Origin: Paludibacteraceae bacterium
GTDB taxonomy: Bacteria > Bacteroidota > Bacteroidia > Bacteroidales > Paludibacteraceae
Direction of reading: 5' to 3'
DNA: 64,000 bases
Assembly (NCBI GenBank): GCA_034090015.1
Contig: JAXDTJ010000018.1
Span: 41,740-105,739, forward strand
The notes under the pieces are model-generated. The model searched no databases. It worked only from the letters and a program-made list of their open reading frames with translations, and was not told the DNA's origin. This document shows positions 52,464 to 61,413 of the stretch, piece after piece. The first letter of the stretch is position 1; each line of letters begins with the position of its first letter. The position numbers and the translations under genes are program-made.

Positions 52464-54872
52464 ATGAGAAAAAGAGTTTTTTCACTTTTTGTGGCACTGG
52501 GTACCACATTGAGTCTTCTCGCCTACGACTTCCAATCGGGCGACTTGTACTACACAATCACGAGTAGTACGGACCCATTAACTGTCAGCGTGGCAGCCGA
52601 TGCAGGCGGCAGTTATGCCTCGCTGACCACCGTAACCATCCCCGAGACGGTAACCAACAATGATGTAACCTACAGCGTAACGGGTATCGAAACCAACGCG
52701 TTCAGCGGTTGCACGAACCTTACAAGCGTGGTATGGAACGCCAAGAACTGCCAAAGTTGGGGTTCCTACAAAACGGCTCCGTTTCATAGCATTGCCGCAC
52801 AGATAACTTCGTTCACTTTCGGCGAGGGAGTAGAACTCATCCCCTACGCCATCTGTGACGATATGACGGCTCTCACCAACGTAACCTTACCCGAGAGCAC
52901 GAAAATAATCAAGGGCAGTGTTTTCTACGGTTGCACGGGGCTTACATCCATCAGCATCCCAACCAATGTGGATACGATTGGACTGGATGCGTTCAAGAAT
53001 TGCAGCCAACTGACTTCCGTAACATGGAACGCCAAGAACTGCCGCCCAAACTACTACCAAGGGGCTCTTAGCACGCCTTTCTATGCTATTGTGTCGCAGA
53101 TGACTTCGTTCACTTTCGGCGATTCGGTAGAGTGCATCCCTGATGGACTGATGATGGGGATGTCAAATATCTCCGCCATCACCATTCCCCTTCATGTAGA
53201 TTCCATTGGCGGATGTGATGCGTTTAGTGGTTGCAGCAGTTTGAACTCAGTAGTATGGAATGCGAAGCATTGCAAAACAGTCAAAGTACTAAATAGGACG
53301 TATGACTATGAAATAGGCGAATACAAATACTACTATGATAGTCAAAGTCCCTTCTACGGAGCCGCAGAGCAAATTACTTCTTTCACCTTTGGCGATCAAG
53401 TGGAGAGTTTGCCGGATAGGTTATGTGAAGGTATGAAAAATCTTAGTTCTATCTTGCTACCCGATGGTATCACTGCTATCGGAGAGAGAATGTTCTATGA
53501 TTGCTATGCCTTGTCTGCCATCACAATCCCTGAAAGCGTGCAAAGTATAGGAGAGAGTGCCTTTTCTTCTTGTAGAGGGCTAACCTCTATCACCATACCC
53601 AATAGTGTGAAAAGTATTGGAGGGTGGGCATTTAGTGGTTGCTATGGTATCAAAAAGACCAATTTTATAGGTACGCTTAGCGAATGGTGCCAAATAAATA
53701 CCGGAAGTACGCCGGTAGAGTATTCTCACAATTTGTACCTCAACGATGTCTTACTCACCCACGCAGATATACCGGATGGTGTTACAACCATTCATGATGA
53801 TGCTTTTAATGGAGACACCTGTTTGGTTTCCATCACAATTCCCAATAGTGTAACTTATATAGGAAAGGATGCTTTCGATGGTTGCTACAATGTAGAAACC
53901 GTAATGGTCGGTAATGGCGTAGAAACAATAGATGAGTATGCATTCTATGATTGCAGCGCACTGAAGAAATTCGTTTATGAGAGCCCGCTTGCAGCACCTT
54001 TGGATGTGATTTCTTACAAAGCAGACTTAGACACACTGATAGCACCTGCAACAGTACTAAACACTTATTATATGTCACCTTCTACACATGTCCGTTATAT
54101 CAAGATACATAGCGGAGAGATTACTGAACGGGGTTTTGCTGCATTGCTGGGCAGTTACAAGACTCTGGGCACCATAGACCTTGCCGGAGCAAGCAACACC
54201 GGCATGGCAGACAGGACGTTCTACGAGTGCTACAACCTGACGCAACTCAGCCTGCCCGCACAGTTGGAGGCCATTCCTTACAAGATGATAGCCGACTGCT
54301 ACATGCTGCAGTCTATCACCATCCCTGCTACGGTAACCGAAATCGACAACAATGCTTTTGAGAACTGCCGTAGCCTGCAAACGGTAAACTTTGCAGCGAA
54401 CAATGCACTGCAACGCATCGGCAACTGGGCATTCTACAACTGCCATGCTTTGCAGACCATCAGCATACCCGAGGGCGTAACATACGTGGGCGATGGTGCT
54501 TTCTACGGATGCACCTACCTGACCAACATCACGCTGCCGAGCACTATGCTCGCTATGGGGGACAACAGTTTCGCGCTCTGCTCGAAATTGCAGCAGATGA
54601 ATGTGCGTGCCAACATCCCGCCCACTATCGCAAGCAAGACCTTCTACAACGTGCTCCGCACTATACCCGTATATGTTCCTATGGATGCCGTAGCGCAGTA
54701 CAAAGCCGATACCTACTGGCGCGAGTTTAATATCATCGGTAGCGATGCCCCGTCCGATACGGAGAACGTACTCACCGATGCCGCTACACCCACGCGTATT
54801 GTTCGAGACGGGAAAGTGCTTGTCTATAGCAATGGCAAATGGTACGATATGTTAGGAAATATCGTGGAATAA
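52464..54872 (+). CDS. BspA-type leucine-rich-repeat surface protein (802 aa)
   Basis: Signal peptide MRKRVFSLFVALGTTLSLLA. There are over 15 LRR units (IETNAFSGCTNLTSV, IGESAFSSCRGLTSITIPNSV...). Confidence 0.8.
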   Translation: MRKRVFSLFVALGTTLSLLAYDFQSGDLYYTITSSTDPLTVSVAADAGGSYASLTTVTIPETVTNNDVTYSVTGIETNAFSGCTNLTSVVWNAKNCQSWGSYKTAPFHSIAAQITSFTFGEGVELIPYAICDDMTALTNVTLPESTKIIKGSVFYGCTGLTSISIPTNVDTIGLDAFKNCSQLTSVTWNAKNCRPNYYQGALSTPFYAIVSQMTSFTFGDSVECIPDGLMMGMSNISAITIPLHVDSIGGCDAFSGCSSLNSVVWNAKHCKTVKVLNRTYDYEIGEYKYYYDSQSPFYGAAEQITSFTFGDQVESLPDRLCEGMKNLSSILLPDGITAIGERMFYDCYALSAITIPESVQSIGESAFSSCRGLTSITIPNSVKSIGGWAFSGCYGIKKTNFIGTLSEWCQINTGSTPVEYSHNLYLNDVLLTHADIPDGVTTIHDDAFNGDTCLVSITIPNSVTYIGKDAFDGCYNVETVMVGNGVETIDEYAFYDCSALKKFVYESPLAAPLDVISYKADLDTLIAPATVLNTYYMSPSTHVRYIKIHSGEITERGFAALLGSYKTLGTIDLAGASNTGMADRTFYECYNLTQLSLPAQLEAIPYKMIADCYMLQSITIPATVTEIDNNAFENCRSLQTVNFAANNALQRIGNWAFYNCHALQTISIPEGVTYVGDGAFYGCTYLTNITLPSTMLAMGDNSFALCSKLQQMNVRANIPPTIASKTFYNVLRTIPVYVPMDAVAQYKADTYWREFNIIGSDAPSDTENVLTDAATPTRIVRDGKVLVYSNGKWYDMLGNIVE

Positions 54873-54912
54873 CCGCCGATTCCGAGAGCAATTGTTAAGT
54901 TATACATGGCGG

Positions 54913-54952
54913 AAAGGGACTGTCTAACAAGTCAAGTAGGCAGTCCCTTTTA
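54913..54952. terminator. bidirectional terminator between 802-aa LRR gene and DUF4301 gene (right copy of island-flanking repeat)
   Basis: AAAGGGACTGTC...GGCAGTCCCTTTT, stem 8 of 9 paired. Confidence 0.6.
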
Positions 54953-54978
54953 TTTGTTGTTTCAGGCAGATGTGTTGT

Positions 54979-56328
54979 TTAGCCTTGGTGTTGGGGGCGG
55001 AGGAGGTCGTTGACCATCTTGACGGGGTTGAAGGTGCTGACGGGCACTTCTACGAAGAGGGTGTTCCACTTCGCCATCGCGCCGTTCCACAAGCCCGGTA
55101 ACTCAAGTGCGAGCAGTTCTTTGCCATCCTTCGATTTCTGGGAGATGAAGCCCGTCTGCGGGTCCACATAGTCGGGGAGATGGAAGGGCTTGCCGTTGAC
55201 ATCGCGGGTAGCGCATACGAGGTCCACGGGGTTGAAGTGGGTAGCCTGCGCCATGAGAGCGGGGTCGGCTATCTGCGAGGACTCGAGGATTTGTCGGCTG
55301 ATAGTGCCGTCAGCGTCGCGCACGAGGAAGGGTCCGCCGCCGGGCTCGCCCGTGTTCTTCACTACGCCGCAGACGCGGATAGGACGGTTGAGGCGCTCGC
55401 GCTCTTCGTCCGTGATAGTGGGGTCTTGCAGGCGCGCGAACACACGCTTCTGCTCTGCCACGAGTACGCCGGCGAGAATCTGCTTGTAGCGCACGGTGTC
55501 TTTCTTCAGTCGGTCGGGCACTACATTGTCAATGTTCTTCACGAAGATAATGTCAGCATCCTGTGCGTTGAGGTTTTCAATGAGTGCTCCGTGTCCTCCC
55601 GGGCGGAAGAGGAGTTTGCCCTCTTTGTCGCGGAAGGGGGTGCCGTCGGGGTTAGCAGCGAGCGTATCGGTGCTGGGCAGTTGCTCGGAGAAGGAGATGT
55701 CGAAACGCACGCCGTACTTGGTCTCGAAGGCTTGCAGGTGGTCGGCAATGTGCTGACGGAAGAGGGGCAGGTGCTGGTGGGAGACGGTGAAATGGAGGTG
55801 CACCTGTCCGTTGCTGGCTGCGTAGAGTGCGCCTTCTACCATGTGCTCCAAGGCGGGGGTGCGGGGACCGTCTTTGTATTTATGAAAGAGGAGCAATCCC
55901 TTGGGCAGGTCGCCATAGTGCATGTCTTCGAGGAGGAAGCGCACGGCGTCTTGCCCGCTCTTGCCTGCGAGTTGGTCGCCGAAAGCAAAATCATCGATAT
56001 GGGTGAGGAACTCCTGTATGAATGCCGTCTCTTCGCCGTCTTCGAGGTACTGGAAGAGGTTCTTGAACATACGGCTGGCAGCGCCGCTGGCGGGGACGAA
56101 CTTCAAGATTTTGTGTCCCTCGGCGAGGTAGTCCTCCCAGATGCGGATGTACTCGTCCTGCTCTTTCTTGGTGGGGGCGAGGATACCGTCTTTGGTGGAG
56201 GCGGCGGCTACGATGTCTAATGCGGGGAAGCCTGTGCGAAAATGCTCCAGTTGTTCTTCGGCTTTCGCCACACTGATGCCTCGGGCTTCTAACTGCTCAA
56301 GGTCTTGGGGAGTGAAGACTGTGTTCAT
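54979..56328 (-). CDS. DUF4301 family protein
   Basis: N-terminus FTPQDLEQLEARGISVAKAEEQLEHFRTGFP and the KFVPASGAASRMFK block match my memory of DUF4301. This was not checked against a database. Confidence 0.6.
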   Translation of the reverse strand: MNTVFTPQDLEQLEARGISVAKAEEQLEHFRTGFPALDIVAAASTKDGILAPTKKEQDEYIRIWEDYLAEGHKILKFVPASGAASRMFKNLFQYLEDGEETAFIQEFLTHIDDFAFGDQLAGKSGQDAVRFLLEDMHYGDLPKGLLLFHKYKDGPRTPALEHMVEGALYAASNGQVHLHFTVSHQHLPLFRQHIADHLQAFETKYGVRFDISFSEQLPSTDTLAANPDGTPFRDKEGKLLFRPGGHGALIENLNAQDADIIFVKNIDNVVPDRLKKDTVRYKQILAGVLVAEQKRVFARLQDPTITDEERERLNRPIRVCGVVKNTGEPGGGPFLVRDADGTISRQILESSQIADPALMAQATHFNPVDLVCATRDVNGKPFHLPDYVDPQTGFISQKSKDGKELLALELPGLWNGAMAKWNTLFVEVPVSTFNPVKMVNDLLRPQHQG

Positions 56329-56334
56329 GATGTT

Positions 56335-56445
56335 GATTAAGAATTAAGAATTATGAATTAAGAGTGCATTTTTGGGTCGTTATCGGTTCGGTATCGTCTC
56401 GTCATCGTCTCACTATTCTCTCGTGAATCACCCACGAATCACCTA
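56335..56445. repeat. three word families in the DUF4301 leader
   Basis: GATTAAGAATTAAGAATTATGAATTAAGAG, TCGT(T/C)ATCG words, and GAATCACC(C/T)A x2. Confidence 0.8.
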
Positions 56446-56500
56446 CGATTGACGGCTTGCAGACCGCTTTGGATAATGGAGCATACCCGATACCTGCACG

Positions 56501-56508
56501 CAAAGGTA
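56501..56508 (-). promoter_or_regulatory. -7 box TACCTTTG for DUF4301 gene
   Basis: TAnnTTTG on the minus strand, 172 nt upstream of the ATG at 56328. Confidence 0.4.
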
Positions 56509-56612
56509 ACACTTTTTCTTTATTTGGACAAATAAATTTCTGTTTTGACGGCTTATTTGCCCTATTTTCTGATAAAATAGGGGTGAGTCTTGCATATGTC
56601 AAAAAAAAGTAG

Positions 56613-56620
56613 TAAATTTG
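56613..56620 (+). promoter_or_regulatory. -7 box TAAATTTG for lipid kinase-dut operon
   Basis: AAAAAAAAGTAGTAAATTTGC context, 150 nt before the ATG at 56771. Confidence 0.45.
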
Positions 56621-56660
56621 CAACGGAATTTTTGGGCACTTCTTTTTGTGCTGACCTTCT

Positions 56661-56745
56661 TTAACATATAATTATCGTATAATTAACCATTAATTCTTTC
56701 ATTGCGGAATTATACGGGCAATTATATGGCAATTAATGTTTATAA
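56661..56745. repeat. ACATATAATTATCGTATAATTAACC-word element in lipid-kinase leader
   Basis: Homologous to 14224-14275. Confidence 0.75.
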
Positions 56746-56770
56746 TAGTACGAGAAACAACCCTTAGAAA

Positions 56771-57652
56771 ATGAAAAACATCGCCTTTATCATCAACCCT
56801 ATATCGGGTACGCAGAATAAGCGGAAACTGCCGAAGTTGATTCAGCAGACGCTGGACAGTGAGCAATGGTTGCCGAACATCGTCTATACGGAGCGTCAGG
56901 GGCACGCCACGGAGTTGGCGCAGCAGTTCGCCCGCATGGGTTTTGATGCGGTGGTTGCTGTGGGCGGCGACGGTACGGTGAACGAGGTGGCAAGCGGCTT
57001 GCGGCACACTCAGACGGCAATGGGGATTCTGCCGATGGGCAGCGGCAACGGCTTCGCAAGGCATATAGGCGTGCCGGTGCATGTGAATCGGGCGATAGAG
57101 ATGCTGAACCGCTGTGAGCCTATCACGGTGGACTACGGTTTGGCAAACGACCGTTTCTTCGTCAGCACTTGCGGCACGGGTTTTGACGCGCTGATAGCCG
57201 ACCACTTTGCCGTGGCAGGCAAGCGCGGGATGAAGACCTACATTGAGAACATCCTGAGAGACGCGTTCACCTACAAGTCGCAGACCTATCATATCACGGG
57301 CGACGGGCTGGATATCACCCACAAAGCATTCCTCATCACTTTTGCCAACGCGGGGCAGTGGGGTAACGACGCTTATATCGCGCCCAAAGCGAGTATCCAG
57401 GACGGGAAGATGGATATCTGCATGATGTCATCTTCGGCGCTGATAGGGGCAGCAGGGCTGGCGCTCAGGCTCTTCACGAAGAGCATAGACAACAGCCTGT
57501 TTATGGACACTGTGCGGGCGAAGGAAGTACTATTAGAGCGCGAAGAGGCGGCACCCTTCCATGTGGACGGCGACCCCGTGGAGATGCCCAAAGATATACG
57601 GATAAAGATAGTACCCGACGGGCTGAAGGTGCTGGTGGAGAAAAGGTTTTGA
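56771..57652 (+). CDS. diacylglycerol/lipid kinase family protein (YegS/BmrU-like)
   Basis: VVAVGGDGTVNEV and PMGSGNGFAR motifs of DAGK_cat. Confidence 0.8.
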   Translation: MKNIAFIINPISGTQNKRKLPKLIQQTLDSEQWLPNIVYTERQGHATELAQQFARMGFDAVVAVGGDGTVNEVASGLRHTQTAMGILPMGSGNGFARHIGVPVHVNRAIEMLNRCEPITVDYGLANDRFFVSTCGTGFDALIADHFAVAGKRGMKTYIENILRDAFTYKSQTYHITGDGLDITHKAFLITFANAGQWGNDAYIAPKASIQDGKMDICMMSSSALIGAAGLALRLFTKSIDNSLFMDTVRAKEVLLEREEAAPFHVDGDPVEMPKDIRIKIVPDGLKVLVEKRF

Positions 57653-57655
57653 GAG

Positions 57656-57730
57656 GACCGCTCACTGCGTTCGCTGACAGACCGCTACGCTGACAGACCG
57701 CTTTGCTGTCTGACCGCTACGCTGACAGAC
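57656..57730. repeat. GCTGACAGACCGCT words x3-4 between lipid kinase and dut
   Basis: GACCGCTCACTGCGTTCGCTGACAGACCGCTACGCTGACAGACCGCTTTGCTGTCTGACCGCTACGCTGACAGAC. Confidence 0.8.
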
Positions 57731-57760
57731 ATTGGAATAATCGGAATAAATAGTATTTCT

Positions 57761-58195
57761 ATGGAACTGAAAATCATTAACAAAAGCAATAACCCTTTGC
57801 CGCGGTATGAGAGTGAGCAGGCGGCGGGTATGGATATACGGTGCAACCTCAGCGAGGAGGTAACGTTGCAGCCTATGGAGCGGCGACTGCTTCCTACGGG
57901 TTTGTTCATCGAACTGCCGCAGGGCTACGAGGCGCAGATTCGTCCGCGTAGCGGTTTGGCACTCAAACGCGGACTCACCGTACTGAACAGCCCGGGGACT
58001 ATTGATGCCGACTACCGCGGCGAGGTGGGGATTATCCTTATCAACCTGAGCAATGAGCCGCAGACCATCGCCCCCGGGGAGCGTATCTGTCAGATGGTCA
58101 TCGCGCGACATGAGCAGCCCGAGGTGGTGGAAGTAGAGGTGCTGAGCGACACCGAACGGGGAGCAGGAGGTTTCGGGCACTCGGGGGTGAAGTGA
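57761..58195 (+). CDS. dut: dUTP diphosphatase
   Basis: [28 protein letters not shown] and [11 protein letters not shown] motifs. Confidence 0.95.
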   Translation: MELKIINKSNNPLPRYESEQAAGMDIRCNLSEEVTLQPMERRLLPTGLFIELPQGYEAQIRPRSGLALKRGLTVLNSPGTIDADYRGEVGIILINLSNEPQTIAPGERICQMVIARHEQPEVVEVEVLSDTERGAGGFGHSGVK

Positions 58196-58203
58196 ATATG
58201 TTA

Positions 58204-58404
58204 GATGAAGGATAAAGGATTAAGGATAAAAGACTTATTACCTTTGTCTCTGAATATTCATAGTTGAAACTATTTCGTCTTTCATCCTGTATCCTTAATC
58301 TTTTATCCAAATAGTGTCTCTAATCCTTTATCCAAATAGAGTCCTTAATCCTTTATCCAATAAACTATTTAGTCTTTAATCCTGTGTCTTTAATCCTTCA
58401 TCCA
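58204..58404. repeat. GGATAAAGGATTAAGG-word hairpin plus tandem tail, overlapping the TPR gene start
   Basis: Left arm GATGAAGGATAAAGGATTAAGGATAAAAGAC, right arm GTCTTTCATCCTGTATCCTTAATC, then 3 more TAATCCTTTATCC units. Confidence 0.85.
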
Positions 58405-59361
58405 AAATGGCTTTTGGCGGTTCTTCTGTTTGTTGGGCAGGGGGCGTGGGCGGTGGAGTACGGGCTCTCGACGGAGCGTGAGCAGCAGTTTATGTACCAT
58501 TGGGTAGCGGCGCGCGATGCACTTGACCATAGCCAATACGATGCCGCGCTTGCACAACTGCTCTTCTGCGAGCAACTGAACCCGCAAGATGCCCTTACCA
58601 AGGAGTATTTAGGGGTGCTCTACAACGCTATCAACCAAAAAGAGAAAGCCTTTGATTACCTGCAGCAAGCCTACCGATTAGACCCCGCCAAGCGGTGGTA
58701 TCTCTACTCGGCTGCCCTATATAAATCGGGCGACAAGAAGCAGCATAAGACCCTGCTGCAAGTGGCGAAACGGGTGGTGAAACTGCAACCCAAAGACGAG
58801 GATGCGTGGAATAACCTGCGGCAGGCGGCATTGGCGAACGATGACTATAAACAGGCGCTCAAAGCGCAAGACGAATTGGACCAACTGCGCGGCTACGACG
58901 GGCTGAGTGCGCTCAACCGTTACCGCGTGTATGTGATGGCAGGCAAGCCGAAGAAAGCGCTGGCGGAGATAGAGCGATACCTCGCGCAAGACTCGCTGAA
59001 CCTGCAGTTTTGGCTCTTCAAGGTGCAGATACAAGAGGCGATGCACGCGCCTTTCCGCGACTGCGAGGCAACCTATCGGCAGATACTGCGCCTTGACCCG
59101 AACCACCTTTCCGCACTGAACAACTACGCCTACCTGCTCGCTATCCATGGCGGCGACCTACGGCTGGCGGAGAGCATGAGCCAACGCACCATTCAGGCGC
59201 AGCCTGACAACGCCACTTTCCTCGATACCTATGCGTGGATACTCCACCTGCAAGGACAAGACTACCTCGCGGCGTTCTATATCCAAAAAGCCCTCCGCAA
59301 TGCTGCCGAAGAGGAGAAAGCAGAGATAGTGAAACACTATAAGATAATTATGAAGGAATGA
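58384..59361 (+). CDS. TPR-repeat protein with signal peptide
   Basis: KWLLAVLLFVGQGAWA signal followed by TPR-like helices. There is no in-frame ATG before the signal peptide, so a GTG (58384) or TTG start inside the repeat block is implied. Confidence 0.65.
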   Translation: MSLILHPKWLLAVLLFVGQGAWAVEYGLSTEREQQFMYHWVAARDALDHSQYDAALAQLLFCEQLNPQDALTKEYLGVLYNAINQKEKAFDYLQQAYRLDPAKRWYLYSAALYKSGDKKQHKTLLQVAKRVVKLQPKDEDAWNNLRQAALANDDYKQALKAQDELDQLRGYDGLSALNRYRVYVMAGKPKKALAEIERYLAQDSLNLQFWLFKVQIQEAMHAPFRDCEATYRQILRLDPNHLSALNNYAYLLAIHGGDLRLAESMSQRTIQAQPDNATFLDTYAWILHLQGQDYLAAFYIQKALRNAAEEEKAEIVKHYKIIMKE

Positions 59362-59444
59362 GAATGTTGCGGTTTATCATACGGATGTTGCAAAACAGTA
59401 TAGCCCGCGGAATGCGGGGCATTGCGAGGTTGGCTGTGCGCACT

Positions 59445-60014
59445 ATGGCATATTGTGGCATTGAAATCATCACTATGTTGGCGCTTGGTACGGGTTTTGC
59501 GATAGGGCTGACGGGTTGCCACACACAGCAAGTAGCCGTACAACCACAGCCGACTGAAACGGCGACTGAAGAAGAAAAACCGTGGCATACCTGCTTGATG
59601 CAGGGGGCGAAAGCTACACTCACCATGGATGGGCAGACTATCACTGCCAACTGTACGATGCAGGTTGTGCGCGACTCCATGCTGGTGATTAGCGTCATGC
59701 CCATGCTCGGCATAGAGGTCTATCGACTTGAAGCCACGCCCGAAGAACTGATTGCGATTGATAAACTCAACCACCAATACTTGAAAACGGACTACGCGCG
59801 GATAAACCGATATGTAACCCCCTCGCTGACGTGGGAAGACCTGCAGCAGATAGCGAGCAACGAGGTGCAAGGGGGACCGTTCATAGGTTATGCCATCGGA
59901 GAGAAAACCATTGCACTCAAGATAACGTATCCCGAGAAACAGACGGATGTCGCTGTGCGCATGCTGCATATCGACCTATCGCGCTACAAGCAAGTGGTAG
60001 TAGAGAACTTATAG
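59445..60014 (+). CDS. DUF4292-like (LolB-like) lipoprotein
   Basis: Lipobox FAIGLTGC after the ATG at 59445. Position after dut-TPR and before M23 is as usual in Bacteroidota. The start is uncertain (59358 in the track). Confidence 0.55.
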   Translation: MAYCGIEIITMLALGTGFAIGLTGCHTQQVAVQPQPTETATEEEKPWHTCLMQGAKATLTMDGQTITANCTMQVVRDSMLVISVMPMLGIEVYRLEATPEELIAIDKLNHQYLKTDYARINRYVTPSLTWEDLQQIASNEVQGGPFIGYAIGEKTIALKITYPEKQTDVAVRMLHIDLSRYKQVVVENL

Positions 60015-60017
60015 ACA

Positions 60018-61184
60018 ATGAAACGCATCGGAATATACATATTGCTTTGCCTGCTGAGCCTCGCCGCGTCGGCAGATACTGTCAAGCAACTGCAGCAGAA
60101 GCAGAAGCAGCTGCAGCAGGAGATAGAGCAGACCAACAAGATGCTGCAGCAGACGAAGAAAGACGAGACCTCCACGCTGAATAAACTGCAACTACTGAGC
60201 AAGAACATCAGCACACAAAAGCAGTTGATTCGCACCCTTGGTAGCGAGATAACAGCCCTCGATGATGAAATGTTGCTGCTCGGTTTACAGCGCGACTCGC
60301 TGCAAGGGGAGTTGGAGCGTTGCAAAGCCGACTATGCGCGGTTGGTCCGCGAGACGCACCACACGAGTATGCAGCAGTCGCCGCTACTCTTCATCCTCTC
60401 GGCGGACGACTTCCAGCAGATGGTGCGCCGTGTGCGCTACATGCAGGAATTCGCCCGTTATCGGCAGGAGCAGGCAGCGCGTATCGAGCAGCTACAGGCG
60501 GAGATAGATGCACGCAACGATGCCTTGCAGACCAACCGCAAGGACAAGGAGCAGGCGTTGCAGTCGCGCAAACGGCAGCAAGAGAGCCTTGCCCGCGACG
60601 AGAAGAAGCACAAGAGTATGCTCAATAACCTCAAGAAGAAAGAGAAAGACCTCACTGCGCAACTCAAGAAACAGCAGAAGAAAGCCGCAGAACTCAACAA
60701 AAAGATAGACGATGCCATCCGCAAGCAGACGGCTACCAAGACCACGCTCACCAAAGAGCAGCAACTCGTGGCAGGAGGCTTCGAGCAGAACAAAGGCAAA
60801 CTACCGTGGCCCGTGGAGAAAGGGTATATCAGCGGCAAGTTCGGCAAGCAGCAACACCCCGTCTATGAGCATGTGGTAACCGACAACAAAGGTATCTATA
60901 TCCAGACCACCGCGGGCATGCAGGCGCGGGCGATATACAAGGGCGAGGTAACGAGTTGCTTCCTCGTGGGCAACACCTACGCCGTTATCGTGCAGCATGG
61001 TAACTACCGCTCGGTCTATTCCAATCTGAGCAAACTCAATGTGAAGCAGGGCGACAAGATAGAGACCAAGCAGACACTCGGCACCATCTATTCCGACCCC
61101 GAGCAAGACAATAAGACGGAACTCTATTTCCAGATATACCAAGACCGCAATATCCTAAACCCCGCCTCGTGGATATGTCAATAG
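60018..61184 (+). CDS. EnvC-like coiled-coil protein with degenerate M23/LytM domain
   Basis: Signal peptide, then ~230 aa Q/K/E-rich coiled coil, then a C-terminal LytM fold in which the Zn ligands are replaced (NKGIYI, YSNL, ELYFQIY). Confidence 0.8.
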   Translation: MKRIGIYILLCLLSLAASADTVKQLQQKQKQLQQEIEQTNKMLQQTKKDETSTLNKLQLLSKNISTQKQLIRTLGSEITALDDEMLLLGLQRDSLQGELERCKADYARLVRETHHTSMQQSPLLFILSADDFQQMVRRVRYMQEFARYRQEQAARIEQLQAEIDARNDALQTNRKDKEQALQSRKRQQESLARDEKKHKSMLNNLKKKEKDLTAQLKKQQKKAAELNKKIDDAIRKQTATKTTLTKEQQLVAGGFEQNKGKLPWPVEKGYISGKFGKQQHPVYEHVVTDNKGIYIQTTAGMQARAIYKGEVTSCFLVGNTYAVIVQHGNYRSVYSNLSKLNVKQGDKIETKQTLGTIYSDPEQDNKTELYFQIYQDRNILNPASWICQ

Positions 61185-61413
61185 CGGCGAAAGGCACGAT
61201 TTTTGTAATTTACTTTTATGCACAAAAACTATCAATAATACTTTACAAGAATAACCAAGAACTTTTTTTGAACAAATATTTTTCAAATATTGTCCAAATA
61301 TTCGTATCTTTAGCATATATTTCTCATTTCTTCATTATCAAAAACTCAATTACTATTTGACTGCTGAACAAGATACTTTCATTAATGGATAATTATACGA
61401 CAATTAATGTTTC

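Noticed and set aside
55180-56220. 346-aa plus-strand ORF
   Set aside because: It is antisense to the DUF4301 gene. Its translation is low-complexity Gly/Val/Glu-rich.
61305-61312. Promoter box TATCTTTA upstream of the FKBP gene
   Set aside because: It deviates from TAnnTTTG at the last base, and the region is generally AT-rich, so it is too weak to list as a feature.
61169-61360. 63-aa ORF in the AT-rich spacer before the FKBP gene (and 17449-17667, 10208-10423, 5202-5576)
   Set aside because: Their composition is non-coding-like. 17449-17667 simply translates the duplicated terminator T-run, and the others overlap terminators or promoters.
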